Shown: positions 1 to 12,609, counted from the first letter of the stretch. The stretch: 64,000 nucleotides of DNA from Octopus bimaculoides (GCF_001194135.2 NC_068988.1:64395742-64459741), one strand, 5' to 3'. Translations and numbers: made by a program. The notes: generated from the sequence alone by a model not told the origin.

Positions 1-186
1 TTTATTCTTAAACTTGTTTCAGTCATTTGACTACGGCCATGCTGGAGTACAGCCTTAACGAGTATTAGACTCCTAGTCTTATTCTTTGTAGACCTAGTAC
101 TTACTCTATCGGTCTCGTTTGCCGAACCGCTAAGTTACTAGGACATAAATGCACCAACATCGGTTGTCAAGCGACAGCAGAGGGAG
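1..186 (-). mobile_element. SINE family A, 3' half running into (AC)n/(AT)n
   Basis: Reverse complement matches 52876-53048 (GCTTGACAACCGATG...TAACTTAGCGGTTCGGCAAA...CCAGCATGGCC.CAGTCAAATGACTGAAACAAG). Confidence 0.85.
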
Positions 187-188
187 AA

Positions 189-189
<1 letters not shown>

Positions 190-266
<77 letters not shown>

Positions 267-270
267 ATAT

Positions 271-321
<51 letters not shown>

Positions 322-340
322 GAGAGAGAGAGAGAGAGAA
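190..340. repeat. Compound (AC)n(AT)n(AG)n microsatellite
   Basis: Directly visible. Confidence 0.95.
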
Positions 341-1142
341 TGACTGTGTGTCTAATATACATATGTATATATATGTCTTAGCTCAGTATAAATGAGTGGC
401 AAGCTGATGAGATAGTTAGTATGTAGTCGTTCACCTAACAAGAAATACCAGTCAATTCTCGCTTCCTTTCAGATCACACGTTTTAAAAATGAGCGCATTA
501 CATAACGTAATCCGAGATACACTATGACTCGAAAAAAAAATAATAAATGAAAAATTGTAAACTGATCTGTCATTGATGAAATACGTCTTAGCCTTAAACA
601 TAAAACGTGCAACCGCTAAGGTGCCGCGCAATGGTACTGAACACAAAACCACCCGATTACCAAGCGAGCTTCCTTAACCACACGGTCATATTTAAATACC
701 GTTTACTATAAGTCGACACCCTGGAAACTGGGAATCACTGAGAAGGAAATCAGAGTGCTTAAGTAACATCATATGGATGGAATTCGTGTTTCTTCTGAGT
801 GATAATTATAGAGAATGTATGTTAGCTGAAGAACGCCAGAAAGATAAGGAAGTACGTTTGGGGAAGGAGCGATAGGTTGTGTATATTTTCTTGTAGGAGT
901 TAGGGGGTTTTGGGGGGGGNNNNNNNNNNNNNNNNNNNNNNNNNNNNNNNNNNNNNNNNNNNNNNNNNNNNNNNNNNNNNNNNNNNNNNNNNNNNNNNNN
1001 NNNNNNNNNNNNNNNNNNNNNNNNNNNNNNNNNNNNNNNNNNNNNNNNNNNNNNNNNNNNNNNNNNNNNNNNNNNNNNNNNNNNNNNNNNNNNNNNNNNN
1101 NNNNNNNNNNNNNNNNNNNNNNNNNNNNNNNNNNNNNNNNTA

Positions 1143-1144
1143 TA

Positions 1145-1184
<40 letters not shown>

Positions 1185-1400
1185 TAAATTCAGGGAATAG
1201 AGCAGGTAAAATCCAGGCTACATATGTTTCCTAGCAAGGAAGACCTCAGAAGTAGTAATTACTCAACGAGTGGTACTCCTCTAGCTACCCATCAAGCCGA
1301 AGATACCTTAGTTAAATGAAGGTTATATTATCGTCAAGGGATCTCGAGTTAACTTGCAGGGGAATTGATAAAAGATTAGTAGAAAGCACGGAGTGAGAGA
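1143..1400 (-). mobile_element. Unclassified retroelement-like 3' end with (ATT)n tail
   Basis: On the minus strand, complex sequence ends directly in an (ATT)n run, as LINE/SINE tails do; single copy here and no protein motif found. Confidence 0.3.
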
Positions 1401-2296
1401 ATAAAAGAGAAAAACAAATTTACAACCTTCTACGCCAATAAACTACTGTTGTTCTTGAAAGTTGTTTTTTATATACCTTCTACGAACTGCTCGAAGATTA
1501 CTAGCTTCTTACACCTAGATCCTTGGAACTTATACTTACGTACATGTTATGATATATATATATAACATTTCTCCGTTTTATTCCGTCCTTGTTTTCGTAT
1601 ACAATTGCTGCTTTCTTCCAAGGAATCTAATGCTCTTAGCTTAGCTTTTCCTTGGGGCTGGCCAGATTGGAGCAAAATCGAGAATAACCAGCCGAAATTG
1701 CAAGGATAATCTGGAACTCGACTGAGGAAAGAAAACTCCAAATGACCCATCCTTGTTTTCTTTGTATCGTTTGTTTGAACGTTTTGCATTATTGCCCCAT
1801 TTTTAAATTTTATACATACATACATATATATATATATANNNNNNNNNNNNNNNNNNNNNNNNNNNNNNNNNNNNNNNNNNNNNNNNNNNNNNNNNNNNNN
1901 NNNNNNNNNNNNNNNNNNNNNNNNNNNNNNNNNNNNNNNNNNNNNNNNNNNNNNNNNNNNNNNNNNNNNNNNNNNNNNNNNNNNNNNNNNNNNNNNNNNN
2001 NNNNNNNNNNNNNNNNNNNNNNNNNNNNNNNNNNNNNNNNNNNNNNNNNNNNNNNNNNNNNNNNNNNNNNNNNNNNNNNNNNNNNNNNNNNNNNNNNNNN
2101 NNNNNNNNNNNNNNNNNNNNNNNNNNNNNNNNNNNNNNNNNNNNNNNNNNNNNNNNNNNNNNNNNNNNNNNNNNNNNNNNNNNNNNNNNNNNNNNNNNNN
2201 NNNNNNNNNNNNNNNNNNNNNNNNNNNNNNNNNNNNNNNNNNNNNNNNNNNNNNNNNNNNNNNNNNNNNNNNNNNNNNNNNNNNNNNNNNNNNNNN

Positions 2297-2363
2297 TTAA
2301 CTGATCCTCCTGTATTTTCTTTTACCTAACCCAGAGCCAGGAACTTTTCAGCATCCCTTCGTA
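2297..2363 (-). mobile_element. Mariner-like transposon terminus truncated by a gap
   Basis: Reverse complement begins TA-CGAAGGGATGCTGAAAAGTTCCTGG, resembling mariner TIRs (TA + CGAGGG...AAAAGT); the other end is not visible. Confidence 0.55.
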
Positions 2364-2669
2364 TGTACCATTATCCAATCTCCTGCTTCTTTGTTTAAGG
2401 ATAACGGTGGCGTCATTTGAGGTAGATTTAGCTCCTACTTCAGAAAACCTCTTTATATTTCTCCTTTAGATGATACAAACGAATGAAAAGCTTTCATTGT
2501 AGTAATATCTGGTGTTAATAGTAGAGGTTAACCTTGTTGAATTGCTCTTGGGCTGGATGACAACCTTAACTGCTTCGTACTTAACATTCGAGATAACGTC
2601 TTGGAACGAACGAACACAAAATTTCGACACCATAGATAATGGTCTTCTCTCGTGCTCTTGCTCTCCCTA

Positions 2670-2742
<73 letters not shown>

Positions 2743-2858
2743 CTTTCGCATTACCTCTCTCTCTTTCTCTGCGCACGTGCGCACACACGCACATACATCA
2801 GTGGTATGTATCTATTTTATATCTTTTGAGGCATTCTTATCCATTGTGTATATATACA

Positions 2859-2888
<30 letters not shown>

Positions 2889-2889
<1 letters not shown>

Positions 2890-3174
2890 TACTTGCTTCA
2901 GTTATTCAACTACGACCATGCTGGAGCACCACCTTGAAGGATTTTAGTCGAATTAATGAAACGACGCCAGTACTTGTTTTATTAATCGTAGTACTTATTC
3001 TACCGGTTCTATTTCTTTGCCGAACCGCTAAGTTACAGGAAAATAAACACACCAACACTGGTTGTCAAGCGGTGGTTATAGTAGAAGACACTTGTCCAAG
3101 ATGTCACTCAACGGGACTGAACCCGGAACCATGTGGTTGGAAAGCAAGCTTCTTACCACACAGCCACGCCCGCA
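2889..3174 (-). mobile_element. SINE family A, near full length, lacking the central microsatellite
   Basis: Minus-strand tRNA-like head (GGCTGTGTGGTAAG; GGTTCAGTCCC) joined to the family A 3' half. Confidence 0.9.
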
Positions 3175-3589
3175 AATTTCCTATAGAAGCATCGTAACCT
3201 CTAGTTCTGAATACTACAGGAAATCAATAGAAATAAACTGTAGAATAAGAGTAATTTGAATACTAGCAATAGAGTTAAGGGAGGTTTTAGCTGTTTCTTC
3301 TAGCAGATTCCAGTGGTCGCCGTAGAAGCGGCCTCGTTGTCATATTTCAGTAACATAACCAAAAAAACCAGTAACGGCGCCTTGTTTATATGTATTATTT
3401 TTTTTATTTGCTTATTTATTGCCTTACGTTTGGTTTGTTTGTTTGTTTGTTTGTATGATTTATTATCTTGTCTTGGTATGTTGAAGTTTCATTCAGTTAC
3501 CTCCGACTCGACTGAGAGTTTCACCGCCGTCGTCTCTGCCGCTGCGATCACAGGCATAAATATATGTACGTAAAAAAAAAAAAAAAACA

Positions 3590-5450
3590 AACCGCTACCA
3601 CCGTTGCCTCCACCGCCGCCGCTAACATCCCAAGATATGTACATCATCATCATGATTATTTCACATCTACACCGCCACACCCTTCATCACAACCATAAAT
3701 ATATATAGCCACCATCACCACCATCATGGCCACCACGCATCTGCATCATCATAATCATTATCATCATCCCCGTCAACATCANNNNNNNNNNNNNNNNNNN
3801 NNNNNNNNNNNNNNNNNNNNNNNNNNNNNNNNNNNNNNNNNNNNNNNNNNNNNNNNNNNNNNNNNNNNNNNNNNNNNNNNNNNNNNNNNNNNNNNNNNNN
3901 NNNNNNNNNNNNNNNNNNNNNNNNNNNNNNNNNNNNNNNNNNNNNNNNNNNNNNNNNNNNNNNNNNNNNNNNNNNNNNNNNNNNNNNNNNNNNNNNNNNN
4001 NNNNNNNNNNNNNNNNNNNNNNNNNNNNTCTACATCATCATCATCATCATCACCACCATCACTACCACCATCTTAGCCATAAATATGCCCGAACTAAACC
4101 TCCCCCTCCCCCACGCATACACACAAACACTCACACGCAAGTATCACCACCACCACCACCACCACCACCACCGTCATCATCACCGACACCATCGCCGCTA
4201 CACAAGCCACTGGTTATTTGATATATATGTTAACGAAACGATAATAGTTTCTACGAGCGGGAAAGTGGGGGGAGGAGACGGTGAAGGCGACGTTGATGGT
4301 GGTGGGGATGTTGATGTAATAGGAATATGATGGCGATGGCGGGGATGATTGTGATGATCGTGGTGGTGATGGTGGTAGTGATGGTGGTAAAGGGATGGCA
4401 GATTGAGGGAGGAACGTTTCATAGCAATAGTTGAATGGGTTGCCGTGACGGTAGCGATAGTGGTAGTGGCAGCGGCGGTAAAGGTGAAAGTGAGGGTGGG
4501 AGGAAGGGTCGATGCTTTGGTAAGCAATGGTGATTGAAGTGGGCAGTGGTAGGAGGTAGAGTTTGTGTATGTATGTGTGTTTGAGCGCGACTGTATGTAC
4601 GTGTGTGTGTGTGTGTGTGTGTGTGTTGGCAGAAATAGTGAATGGTGATGCTGTTGGTGATGGTGAGAGGGAGAGAAAAGGAGAAAAGATTGATGTGTTG
4701 TTGGGGGTCAGAGCAGTGCAAGATAGCTGAAAGTAAAGAGTGCCTTGGTGGTGGTGGTGATGGTGGTGTGTAAGGGGAGATAAATAACGATAGATTACGC
4801 CGTCGTTAGATGACCCGAGATGGTGGCGGTGTTAACGACTGGTGGTGGTGCTTGAGAAGACGGACGCAGATTTAAGGACAAAATAAATCTGAAGGGCGTA
4901 GCGGAGAGGCCCTTCATACTCCATGTTGGCGTTGTTCTCGTTGTTCTTGCTGCTGTTGTTGACTACCTCCCCCCCACCACCACCACCACAACCACCAGGT
5001 CAATGTCGATTGAGCAGACTTATAATCAAATGAGTTCCATCCGTGGTCATCCAGTCTTTTACTTATGCGCATGGAACCCAAGGTTACATTGGATAACGAA
5101 TGTGTTCCTGGGTTTTCTTAAACTGTGACAGGAAGGAAGGAAGGAAGGAAGATGATTTGAAGGAGATTTGGCTATTATTTCCAGCGACAACGTAGTGGCT
5201 TCGCGGTGGCAGTGGTGATTGTGGTAAAAGAGTTATAGCAACTATTGTTGTTGTTATTGTTGGAGGTGGTTTGTTTTTGCGGCGGCGGCGGCGGTGGCGA
5301 CGGCTGTATGTATATGACAGAGGAGGGGTGTTGTTCAGAAGAGTTATAATGTAGATAAATCACGTAGTAGTGGTAGTAGTGGTGGTGGTGGTGGTGGTGG
5401 TGGGAGGTGACATACCGTCTGTCATTCATTAAGACATGAACTCCAAGAAT
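3590..5450. repeat. Degenerate trinucleotide low-complexity tract (CAC/CAT then GGT/GAT)
   Basis: Directly visible; source of the His/Pro/Thr-rich spurious ORFs. Confidence 0.85.
4995..5200. repeat. Interspersed repeat family F (unclassified)
   Basis: Shares CAGACC/TTAT.ATCAAA...GTGACCAT and GATTTG.AGGGAGATTTGGCT..TATTTC with 44220-44590, 60580-60785, 62020-62190 and, reversed, 16595-16700 and 59850-60010. Confidence 0.7.
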
Positions 5451-5654
5451 GTCGCCGTTGGTGAAGATATTTTTATTTGTTGACAATCAGTTTCAGATTG
5501 GCTGGTTGGGCTGGCTGGCTGGTCGCCGTAGCTGGTTTGGTGGCTGGTTGGACGGGCGGGCTACTGTAACTATTTGGTCAGCCGTGAGCTGGCTAGCAGG
5601 CTGGCTGGCTGACTCGCAGGCCTATGAGTCGGTATGACTCGAAAAAGTGACTTT

Positions 5655-5882
5655 ACCACTTTTTTATACCTTTAACGTAGTTCTGATGGAGATTCAGCGT
5701 GACTCAGAATGTGACAAGGTTGGCCCTGTGAATTACAGGTACAACTCATTTTTGCTAGCTGAGTGGACTGGAGTTACGTGAAATAAAGTTACCTGCTCAA
5801 GGACACAACGCGTCGCCGGGAATCGAACTCACGTCCTTATGATCGTGAGTCGAATATCCTTATCACTAAGCCACGTGCCTTC
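5655..5882 (-). mobile_element. SINE family C (tRNA head + CORE-like segment)
   Basis: Minus strand: GTGGCTTAGTGATAAGG, GAGTTCGATTCCC, then TTGTGTCCTTGAGCAGG...TCCAGTCCACTCAGCT; same tail as 35480-35800. Confidence 0.85.
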
Positions 5883-5949
5883 ATCGTTTCTTTAATACAC
5901 AAAACATCGTAACAATTGTTATATCATTCCAAATAATATTCAATTATGA

Positions 5950-6172
5950 AAGGGCGAGCTGGCAGAATGGTTAGCACACCGGGGGGGAAATGCTTAGCGG
6001 TATTTCGTCTATCTTTACGTTCTCAGCTCAAATGCTGCCGAGGTCGACTTTGCCTTTCATCTTTTTCGGAGTCGGTAAATTAAGAATCAATTACGTACTG
6101 GGGTCGATCTAATCGCCTGGGCCCCTCTCCCCATATTTCGGGCCGTGTGCCTAGAGTAGAAAAGAATATTTA
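5950..6172 (+). mobile_element. SINE family B, full length
   Basis: GGCGAGCTGGCAGAATGGTTAGC head; GAGGTCGACTTTGCCTTTCATC...GGGGTCGATCTAATCG...GGCCGTGTGCC tail; matches 15605-15825. Confidence 0.9.
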
Positions 6173-6214
6173 ATTATGAAAATATATGATTTTTTTAAAA
6201 ATCGAATGGCGATG

Positions 6215-6415
6215 AGGGTTCGGTTCATCCGAGTAAAATAGGTTCATATGGCCCTTGAAGGTTCATATAAGATTTTTTTTTGGGGGGGGGGGGCCCATGC
6301 AATAAACTAATAAATTGGGGATCCACAATAGTAATTTAAAGGCCCCTGAAAAAACTTTTGCTTTAGATGTAGGTATTTGTATGTGTTGCAAGAAACAGCT
6401 AGAGGTCTCTCTCTA
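6215..6415 (+). mobile_element. Truncated copy of the hAT-type MITE (5' part)
   Basis: GGTTCATATAAGATTTT...GGGGATCCACAATAG...GGCCCCTGAAAAA...GCAAGAAACAGCTAG also present in the adjacent copy 6419-6739. Confidence 0.75.
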
Positions 6416-6418
6416 AAT

Positions 6419-6739
6419 CAGTGATTCTCAACTAGGGTTCATATAAGATTTTTATGGGGTCAGTACAACAAAATAGCAAATTGAGAATCCACAGAAGTAC
6501 TTTAAGGGCCCCTGAAAAAATTTCGTTTTACATGTATGTATTGGTGTGTATTGCAAGAAACAGCTAGGTTTCTTTCTCTCACATTTTACATATTTCAACT
6601 TACAGAAGTTGAATAGGAATTTTGAAAGAAGTTTCTCTAAAACTAGTTTTTAAACATCGTATAGGTATTAGGATCCACCAGAATGAAATAGTAATCAAAG
6701 GGTCCCGAGACAGAAAAAAAAATGGTTGAGAAAACCCTG
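6419..6739 (+). mobile_element. hAT (Charlie-like) MITE
   Basis: Imperfect TIRs CAGTGATTCTCAAC / GTTGAGAAAACCCTG; internal homology to 9100-9490 and 43338-43686; TSD eroded (ctctaaat / gtttagct). Confidence 0.8.
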
Positions 6740-7471
6740 GTTTAGCTGGGTGGATGGTTTTGCAGAATGCATGGTTAGGCCGGATACGTGTTTGGATTGA
6801 TTGTCTGGCGGATGGGAAAATGGATGAATGAATGAATGAATGAATGAATGGGTGAATGGATGGTTGAGTGGTATGTCGACTAAATTCACATATTTACACC
6901 TAACCATATACAACCTGTGCACGCCACCATCCGCCATACTACGATACTTCACCACCAGCACTCTACGTCACCTTGTCACTGGTTTCTCTTTAACTCAGCC
7001 TCCCCCATCTCTATCTTTCTCTCTCTTCCCCTCTCTCCACTACCGCCACACTTTCCATCACAACCACTCAACCACCCCCGCTTTCCTTGCCCCCACTTTC
7101 TCTTCTTCCCCCCAAACCTTCTTCCCAGTTTGGTGCCAAGCTGAAAAGCAGAAACTTAACATCGTTCTTCACATGAACGTGTGAAGGAAGACTTAAGCTG
7201 TTCAGCAGCAACAAACGTGTGCGTATAGATCCGTGTATGAGTGTATAAACGTGTGTGTGTGTGTGTGAGAGGGAGAGAGAGAAAGATGAGTTAAGAAGCC
7301 ATGTGTCGGTGTGGGAGCTACAAGTCGGGACTGTGCCGGGTGTTCCGGAATATGTGAAGTACGAGTTTTATGAGCTAGAGGGAAGGTAGTACTCTTAGAA
7401 GAGAGGTAGTTGGTTGTAAACGACGGTGTAGAGGCAACAGTAGCAGCAGCAGCAGCAGTAGTAGTAGTATC

Positions 7472-7506
<35 letters not shown>

Positions 7507-8589
7507 CAGCAACAGTAGGATTATGTTTCTTTTGGGTTGTTTGTCATTCAGTTTATATATTTCCAAATTCCTGAACGGTGCTGCATGTTTCAAAGTATTA
7601 ATTTATAGNNNNNNNNNNNNNNNNNNNNNNNNNNNNNNNNNNNNNNNNNNNNNNNNNNNNNNNNNNNNNNNNNNNNNNNNNNNNNNNNNNNNNNNNNNNN
7701 NNNNNNNNNNNNNNNNNNNNNNNNNNNNNNNNNNNNNNNNNNNNNNNNNNNNNNNNNNNNNNNNNNNNNNNNNNNNNNNNNNNNNNNNNNNNNNNNNNNN
7801 NNNNNNNNNNNNNNNNNNNNNNNNNNNNNNNNNNNNNNNNNNNNNNNNNNNNNNNNNNNNNNNNNNNNNNNNNNNNNNNNNNNNNNNNNNNNNNNNNNNN
7901 NNNNNNNNNNNNNNNNNNNNNNNNNNNNNNNNNNNNNNNNNNNNNNNNNNNNNNNNNNNNNNNNNNNNNNNNNNNNNNNNNNNNNNNNNNNNNNNNNNNN
8001 NNNNNNNNNNNNNNNNNNNNNNNNNNNNNNNNNNNNNNNNNNNNNNNNNNNNNNNNNNNNNNNNNNNNNNNNNNNNNNNNNNNNNNNNNNNNNNNNNNNN
8101 NNNNNNNNNNNNNNNNNNNNNNNNNNNNNTATATATATAAATAAGGCAAAGATAAATATGAAAATATCAATAAAGCCTAAGTTTGATATTAGTTACAATT
8201 GTTTCATTGCCACTCCACTTCGAACCACATTACACATAATTGTGTGATAAATTACACAAGATTTGCATAAAATTATGCACAGTTGAAACAGTGAGAATTA
8301 GCCCTTCATCGAACGCCTACCAACTCAGCTATCATACATGGTATCATGTGTTTATATATTATTTTAGACAGGGTTTACACTACGTAACATTCCCATCACA
8401 CCTATTAACTACAATCACTGCGATTTTGGCAACTTCCAGCGGTATTGCTTTCTCTTTGCCGATCACCGTTGATGATCCTGGTTATTTATGCTGCTGCAAC
8501 AACCAGTTAGATACGGCTGTAATCACTTAGCGATGTAGTATTTACCTTGTTTTACTACTCGCTGATAATTTTTCCTTCGATCACATCTT

Positions 8590-10010
8590 TAGTCTTTCTC
8601 TCACATGCCTCTATCATATCATTCATGATGTATCTTTTCCCGCTTCTTCAATTTTCGTGTTACTGCCTACCTACCCTTCCTAAGTCCAAAAATGTTTATC
8701 AAGATACAAACCTATGACATCTCACCTTTACCAGAAACACTGTATATTGTTACACTGATAACATTGTGCTTTGCACACCTCCTTAATTCCTTCATATCTG
8801 AGACTCTTCTTTTCATTTACCTATTCCACATTGCCCCTTCTGAGGCATCGTCAACTCAAAAGCACTGCCTTCTTATTACAATATTCTGGGGGAAAAACCA
8901 AGTCATTTCTTTAAATTTATTTCCACCTTTCAGGCATTCAGAAAACTTCCTCTCTTCTTTCCTTTGTTTACGCTCCTACGCTGTCCCTTTTTGCTCTTCT
9001 TATAGGCAATAAAAGGGTGTAAAGTTTATGTCGAGTCTCATTGCATTGCTATTTCATCGCATCACCGAGTAACCTGACGAATTGGCTTTATATCTTCAGC
9101 AGTGGTTCACAAACAAGGTCCATATGACCCTCGGAAGTCTACATAAGATTTTGAGGGGTCCATACAAGTAAAGAAGTAAATTAGGGATCCACAGTTACAT
9201 TCAAATGGTACATGAAAACTTTCTCGTTTAGATATATTTATTACAACTAACAGCTAGGTATCTATCTTTAATGTTTTACATAGTTTTAACACGTTTCCAG
9301 CCACATGTTCTCACGTTTCCAACATGTTCTCAAAGAGAATGAAACGCAAAATGAGAATTTTGAAAGTATCTATAAAATTAGTTTTTAAATACGGAATAGC
9401 AATGGAAGTCCACCAGTAATCAATAGGGTCCATATAAAATAAAATAAAATATAAGATAACATTTTTTTTTTAATGGTTTAAAATCCACTGATCTACAGGT
9501 ATATTGTGTAACGACTGATCTGCGACATGCAAGAATATACTCCAACGAAGAACAGCTTCCAAACTGATGACAATGAGCAATTTCTCCAGCCCCAGCATTT
9601 GTTTATTGACAGGAAAAAATCACAAACTAACTGGTTCTTCAGGAATAATCCCAAACTATCTGGTTCCATTTTCAAAAACATACTCTAACCCCAGCTTCCT
9701 TTATTCGGCTTTCTCCCATGCATTCATGCACTTTGGTCTCTTAAACCAACTGCTTTACTCGCACCATTCCCTTTTTCACTATAGCAAAATTCTTCGATCA
9801 AACTATCTTGGTTGCCTTCGTTAACCTTGCAGAATATTCATTTCTTTCGTATTCGACCCAACCCAGTCCACGTGTTCTGCACTGCACTTATCATCTCCTC
9901 AATTTCTAAATATGTTTGCACCACTGAATCTTTACCCACGCTCCATTTACCTCCTACTAGCATTTTAGGTTGGGTTACACGAACAATGAGATCCATAGAA
10001 CCTTGTTAAA
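8590..10010 (-). pseudogene. HERO-like non-LTR retrotransposon relic (C-terminal zinc knuckle + restriction-like endonuclease), split by a MITE
   Basis: Frame-hopping translation: GGKWSVGK...EIEEMISAVQNTWTGLG, SKAVGLRDQSA*M, LKMEPDSLGLFLK, SLEYILAC, FELTMP, VNEKKSLRYEGIKEVC, VRCHRFV; collinear with recalled HERO-type ORF motifs (GRKW...GRAGLG, RAVGMRQQGAW, TLEHILSCC, LELTVPWE, ERKRAKY, EVGCRGF). Confidence 0.8.
9100..9490 (+). mobile_element. hAT (Charlie-like) MITE with 8-bp TSD
   Basis: Termini CAGTGGTT...TCCACTG; flanks atcttcag (9092-9099) and atctacag (9491-9498), 7/8 identical. Confidence 0.85.
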
Positions 10011-10145
10011 GGCCCATACGGCAGCGGGATTTTTTTCTATTTAAAACTCCTCCGCCAACGGACGACAGCTGGAGTCTGGCAGCAACGCTATACAGCTTAA
10101 TTGAAGCATAGCGGGAAACGAAGACACTGTAGGTGGTACTTGCTG

Positions 10146-10194
<49 letters not shown>

Positions 10195-11546
10195 NNNNNN
10201 NNNNNNNNNNNNNNNNNNNNNNNNNNNNNNNNNNNNNNNNNNNNNNNNNNNNNNNNNNNNNNNNNNNNNNNNNNNNNNNNNNNNNNNNNNNNNNNNNNNN
10301 NNNNNNNNNNNNNNNNNNNNNNNNNNNNNNNNNNNNNNNNNNNNNNNNNNNNNNNNNNNNNNNNNNNNNNNNNNNNNNNNNNNNNNNNNNNNNNNNNNNN
10401 NNNNNNNNNNNNNNNNNNNNNNNNNNNNNNNNNNNNNNNNNNNNNNNNNNNNNNNNNNNNNNNNNNNNNNNNNNNNNNNNNNNNNNNNNNNNNNNNNNNN
10501 NNNNNNNNNNNNNNNNNNNNNNNNNNNNNNNNNNNNNNNNNNNNNNNNNNNNNNNNNNNNNNNNNNNNNNNNNNNNNNNNNNNNNNNNNNNNNNNNNNNN
10601 NNNNNNNNNNNNNNNNNNNNNNNNNNNNNNNNNNNNNNNNNNNNNNNNNNNNNNNNNNNNNNNNNNNNNNNNNNNNACCCTGTGAGAGAATAACCTTCCG
10701 ATAAGGGAGAATATCGGCCTGTTCACCTCGCGTGCGGGGGTGGGCTGACGTCGTACGATAGCCAAAAAAAAAACAAAACAAGGCGAAGCGCATTGTGGCC
10801 AGCGATGCATGACAATATCCGATACCGTGATATACGTGCAGTGCATATAAAAACATGCGTATGTAGTTGCTTTGGTAACTTAAGTCTGATCCAAAAGATA
10901 AGGCATTCTGTTAGCTCTCTAAATCCTGCGACGTTCAAATAATAAATACAAACAACACTACTTTCTCTTGAGAAAAATTTAAAAAAAAAGATGAATGAGA
11001 TGGAAAGAGAGAGGGTGGAGCAAGGGGGAGAGGGCGGGGAGATGATAGAATAAGTATTCGATATAGATGCACTAAATAAACATTTAACAGTCACTATCAA
11101 AGCACCTTACATTCACAAAAACACAGACGACAACCTAGTCAATGGGACGTGATATGACGGTGGCGTGGAAATATAGGCTCTTTATTTGTGTCTATGAGTG
11201 TCTGAAAAACTAATTAACTCTGATGACATCTCTATAGTGATCTAATCTCATACATCAGCATCTATGGTTTACGAAATCTTGCCAGGCAATAAATCATTCC
11301 TGAAACTGTCAGTTTCATGTTATATATCCAAAAAGCAAACTAATAATAATAATAATAATAATTTATTATTATTATTATTCCCAAAGGACTTTCTTTATAT
11401 ACACCTATCATCGAAATGTGAATATGTCATGAAGAAATTTTAACCCATTCAAATACTTTTACGTCTCTTTCTCTCTTTCTCTCTCTCTCTCCTCTTCTTT
11501 CCGTCTCTCCTCCCGCTTCTTTCCGTCTCCCCACCATCACCACCTT

Positions 11547-11600
<54 letters not shown>

Positions 11601-11844
11601 ACGTGACAGCACGAATTAGAAATTATTTTTTTTACAATCGGATTCTGATATCCTTTGATCTTATTTATCTTCAGTAAAGCATATAATTGTTGTTGTTGTT
11701 GTTGCTGGTAGTGGTGGTGGTGGTGTTGGTAGTGCTTAACCCCCTTCTAGTCCCGATCCACAGATCCCTGACAGGCGTCCACTGGCTGGTGTGGTCATAC
11801 TACAGGAAACGTTTAAAATGTAATTGTACTGTGAAGCGTCAAAT

Positions 11845-12008
11845 TGGCATGATAGGAGAATTGTTAGAACGCATTTCTTCCGGCTCTTTGCCTTCTGGTT
11901 TCAAACTCCACTGAGATCAATTTTGCCTTACATCTTTTCGGCTGGTGGGGTGAAGGTGGGGTGATAAAATACTAGTCAAGTACTGAAATAAATAGTATCG
12001 ATTAACTT
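11845..12008 (+). mobile_element. SINE family B, degenerate
   Basis: GAATTGTTAGAACG...TTCAAACTCCACTGAGATCAATTTTGCCTTACATC aligns to the family B body. Confidence 0.65.
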
Positions 12009-12011
12009 AAA

Positions 12012-12310
12012 GGACCACCTTTGGTCATGAATGACCATGGGATTGCACCTAGAAAATTCCCCTCCAAGGCACAATCCGAGAAAGGTTGAGGAAGACCAGC
12101 AGTCGCCCATGCATCCCAACCTACCCTCGCCACATCACTGATGTTATTCAAGGGAAAAGCAAAGGCCGGTGCAGCTTGGCACCAGAGTCCTTTGGGTGCC
12201 GGAAAGGGGCTGTAGCGTCACAACACTTTTCTACAGCTGAGTGGACTGGAGCAACGTGAACACAACACGAGCCCAGTCTGGTCAACAAAATCACTACTTC
12301 ATGATTGTGT
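12012..12310 (-). mobile_element. CORE-like SINE (family C relative, different tail)
   Basis: CTACAGCTGAGTGGACTGGAGCAACGTGAA core; AAAGGCCG.T.CAGC.TGGC tail shared with 60385-60575. Confidence 0.75.
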
Positions 12311-12449
12311 GTCCGACGATCTAACTACTTGGCCATGCACCTTCATTGATTAACCACTCTTCATAAAATTGCTGGTTGAAGAAATAATTATTAAGCATGA
12401 CTACACTGTTCATCAACATAGGGCAAAGTTTTCTCTTTAAGTCGATCAG

Positions 12450-12580
12450 TTCGACTCTAGTACTTCTATTGAGTCTAATGCTCGTCCGCATCGCTCTAGT
12501 CTTACCGAAAAACGATAAGGTGCGGGAAGTAAACAAACTTACACCAGTAGTCAAACAATTAGGGGAAAACACACTCACAC
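12450..12580 (-). mobile_element. SINE family A 3' half, degenerate
   Basis: TAGTACTTCTATTG...GTAAACAAAC...ACCAGTAGTCAAACAA...GGGGAAAACAC resembles minus-strand A copies. Confidence 0.55.
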
Positions 12581-12609
12581 ATGCGAACCGACGCGTATGT
12601 ATGTGTGTG

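Noticed and set aside
398-470. CTGATGA...GAAA at 403-455 as a hammerhead
   Set aside because: Stems I and III do not form; the GAAAT segment resembles family F (AGAAATAGCAGCC)
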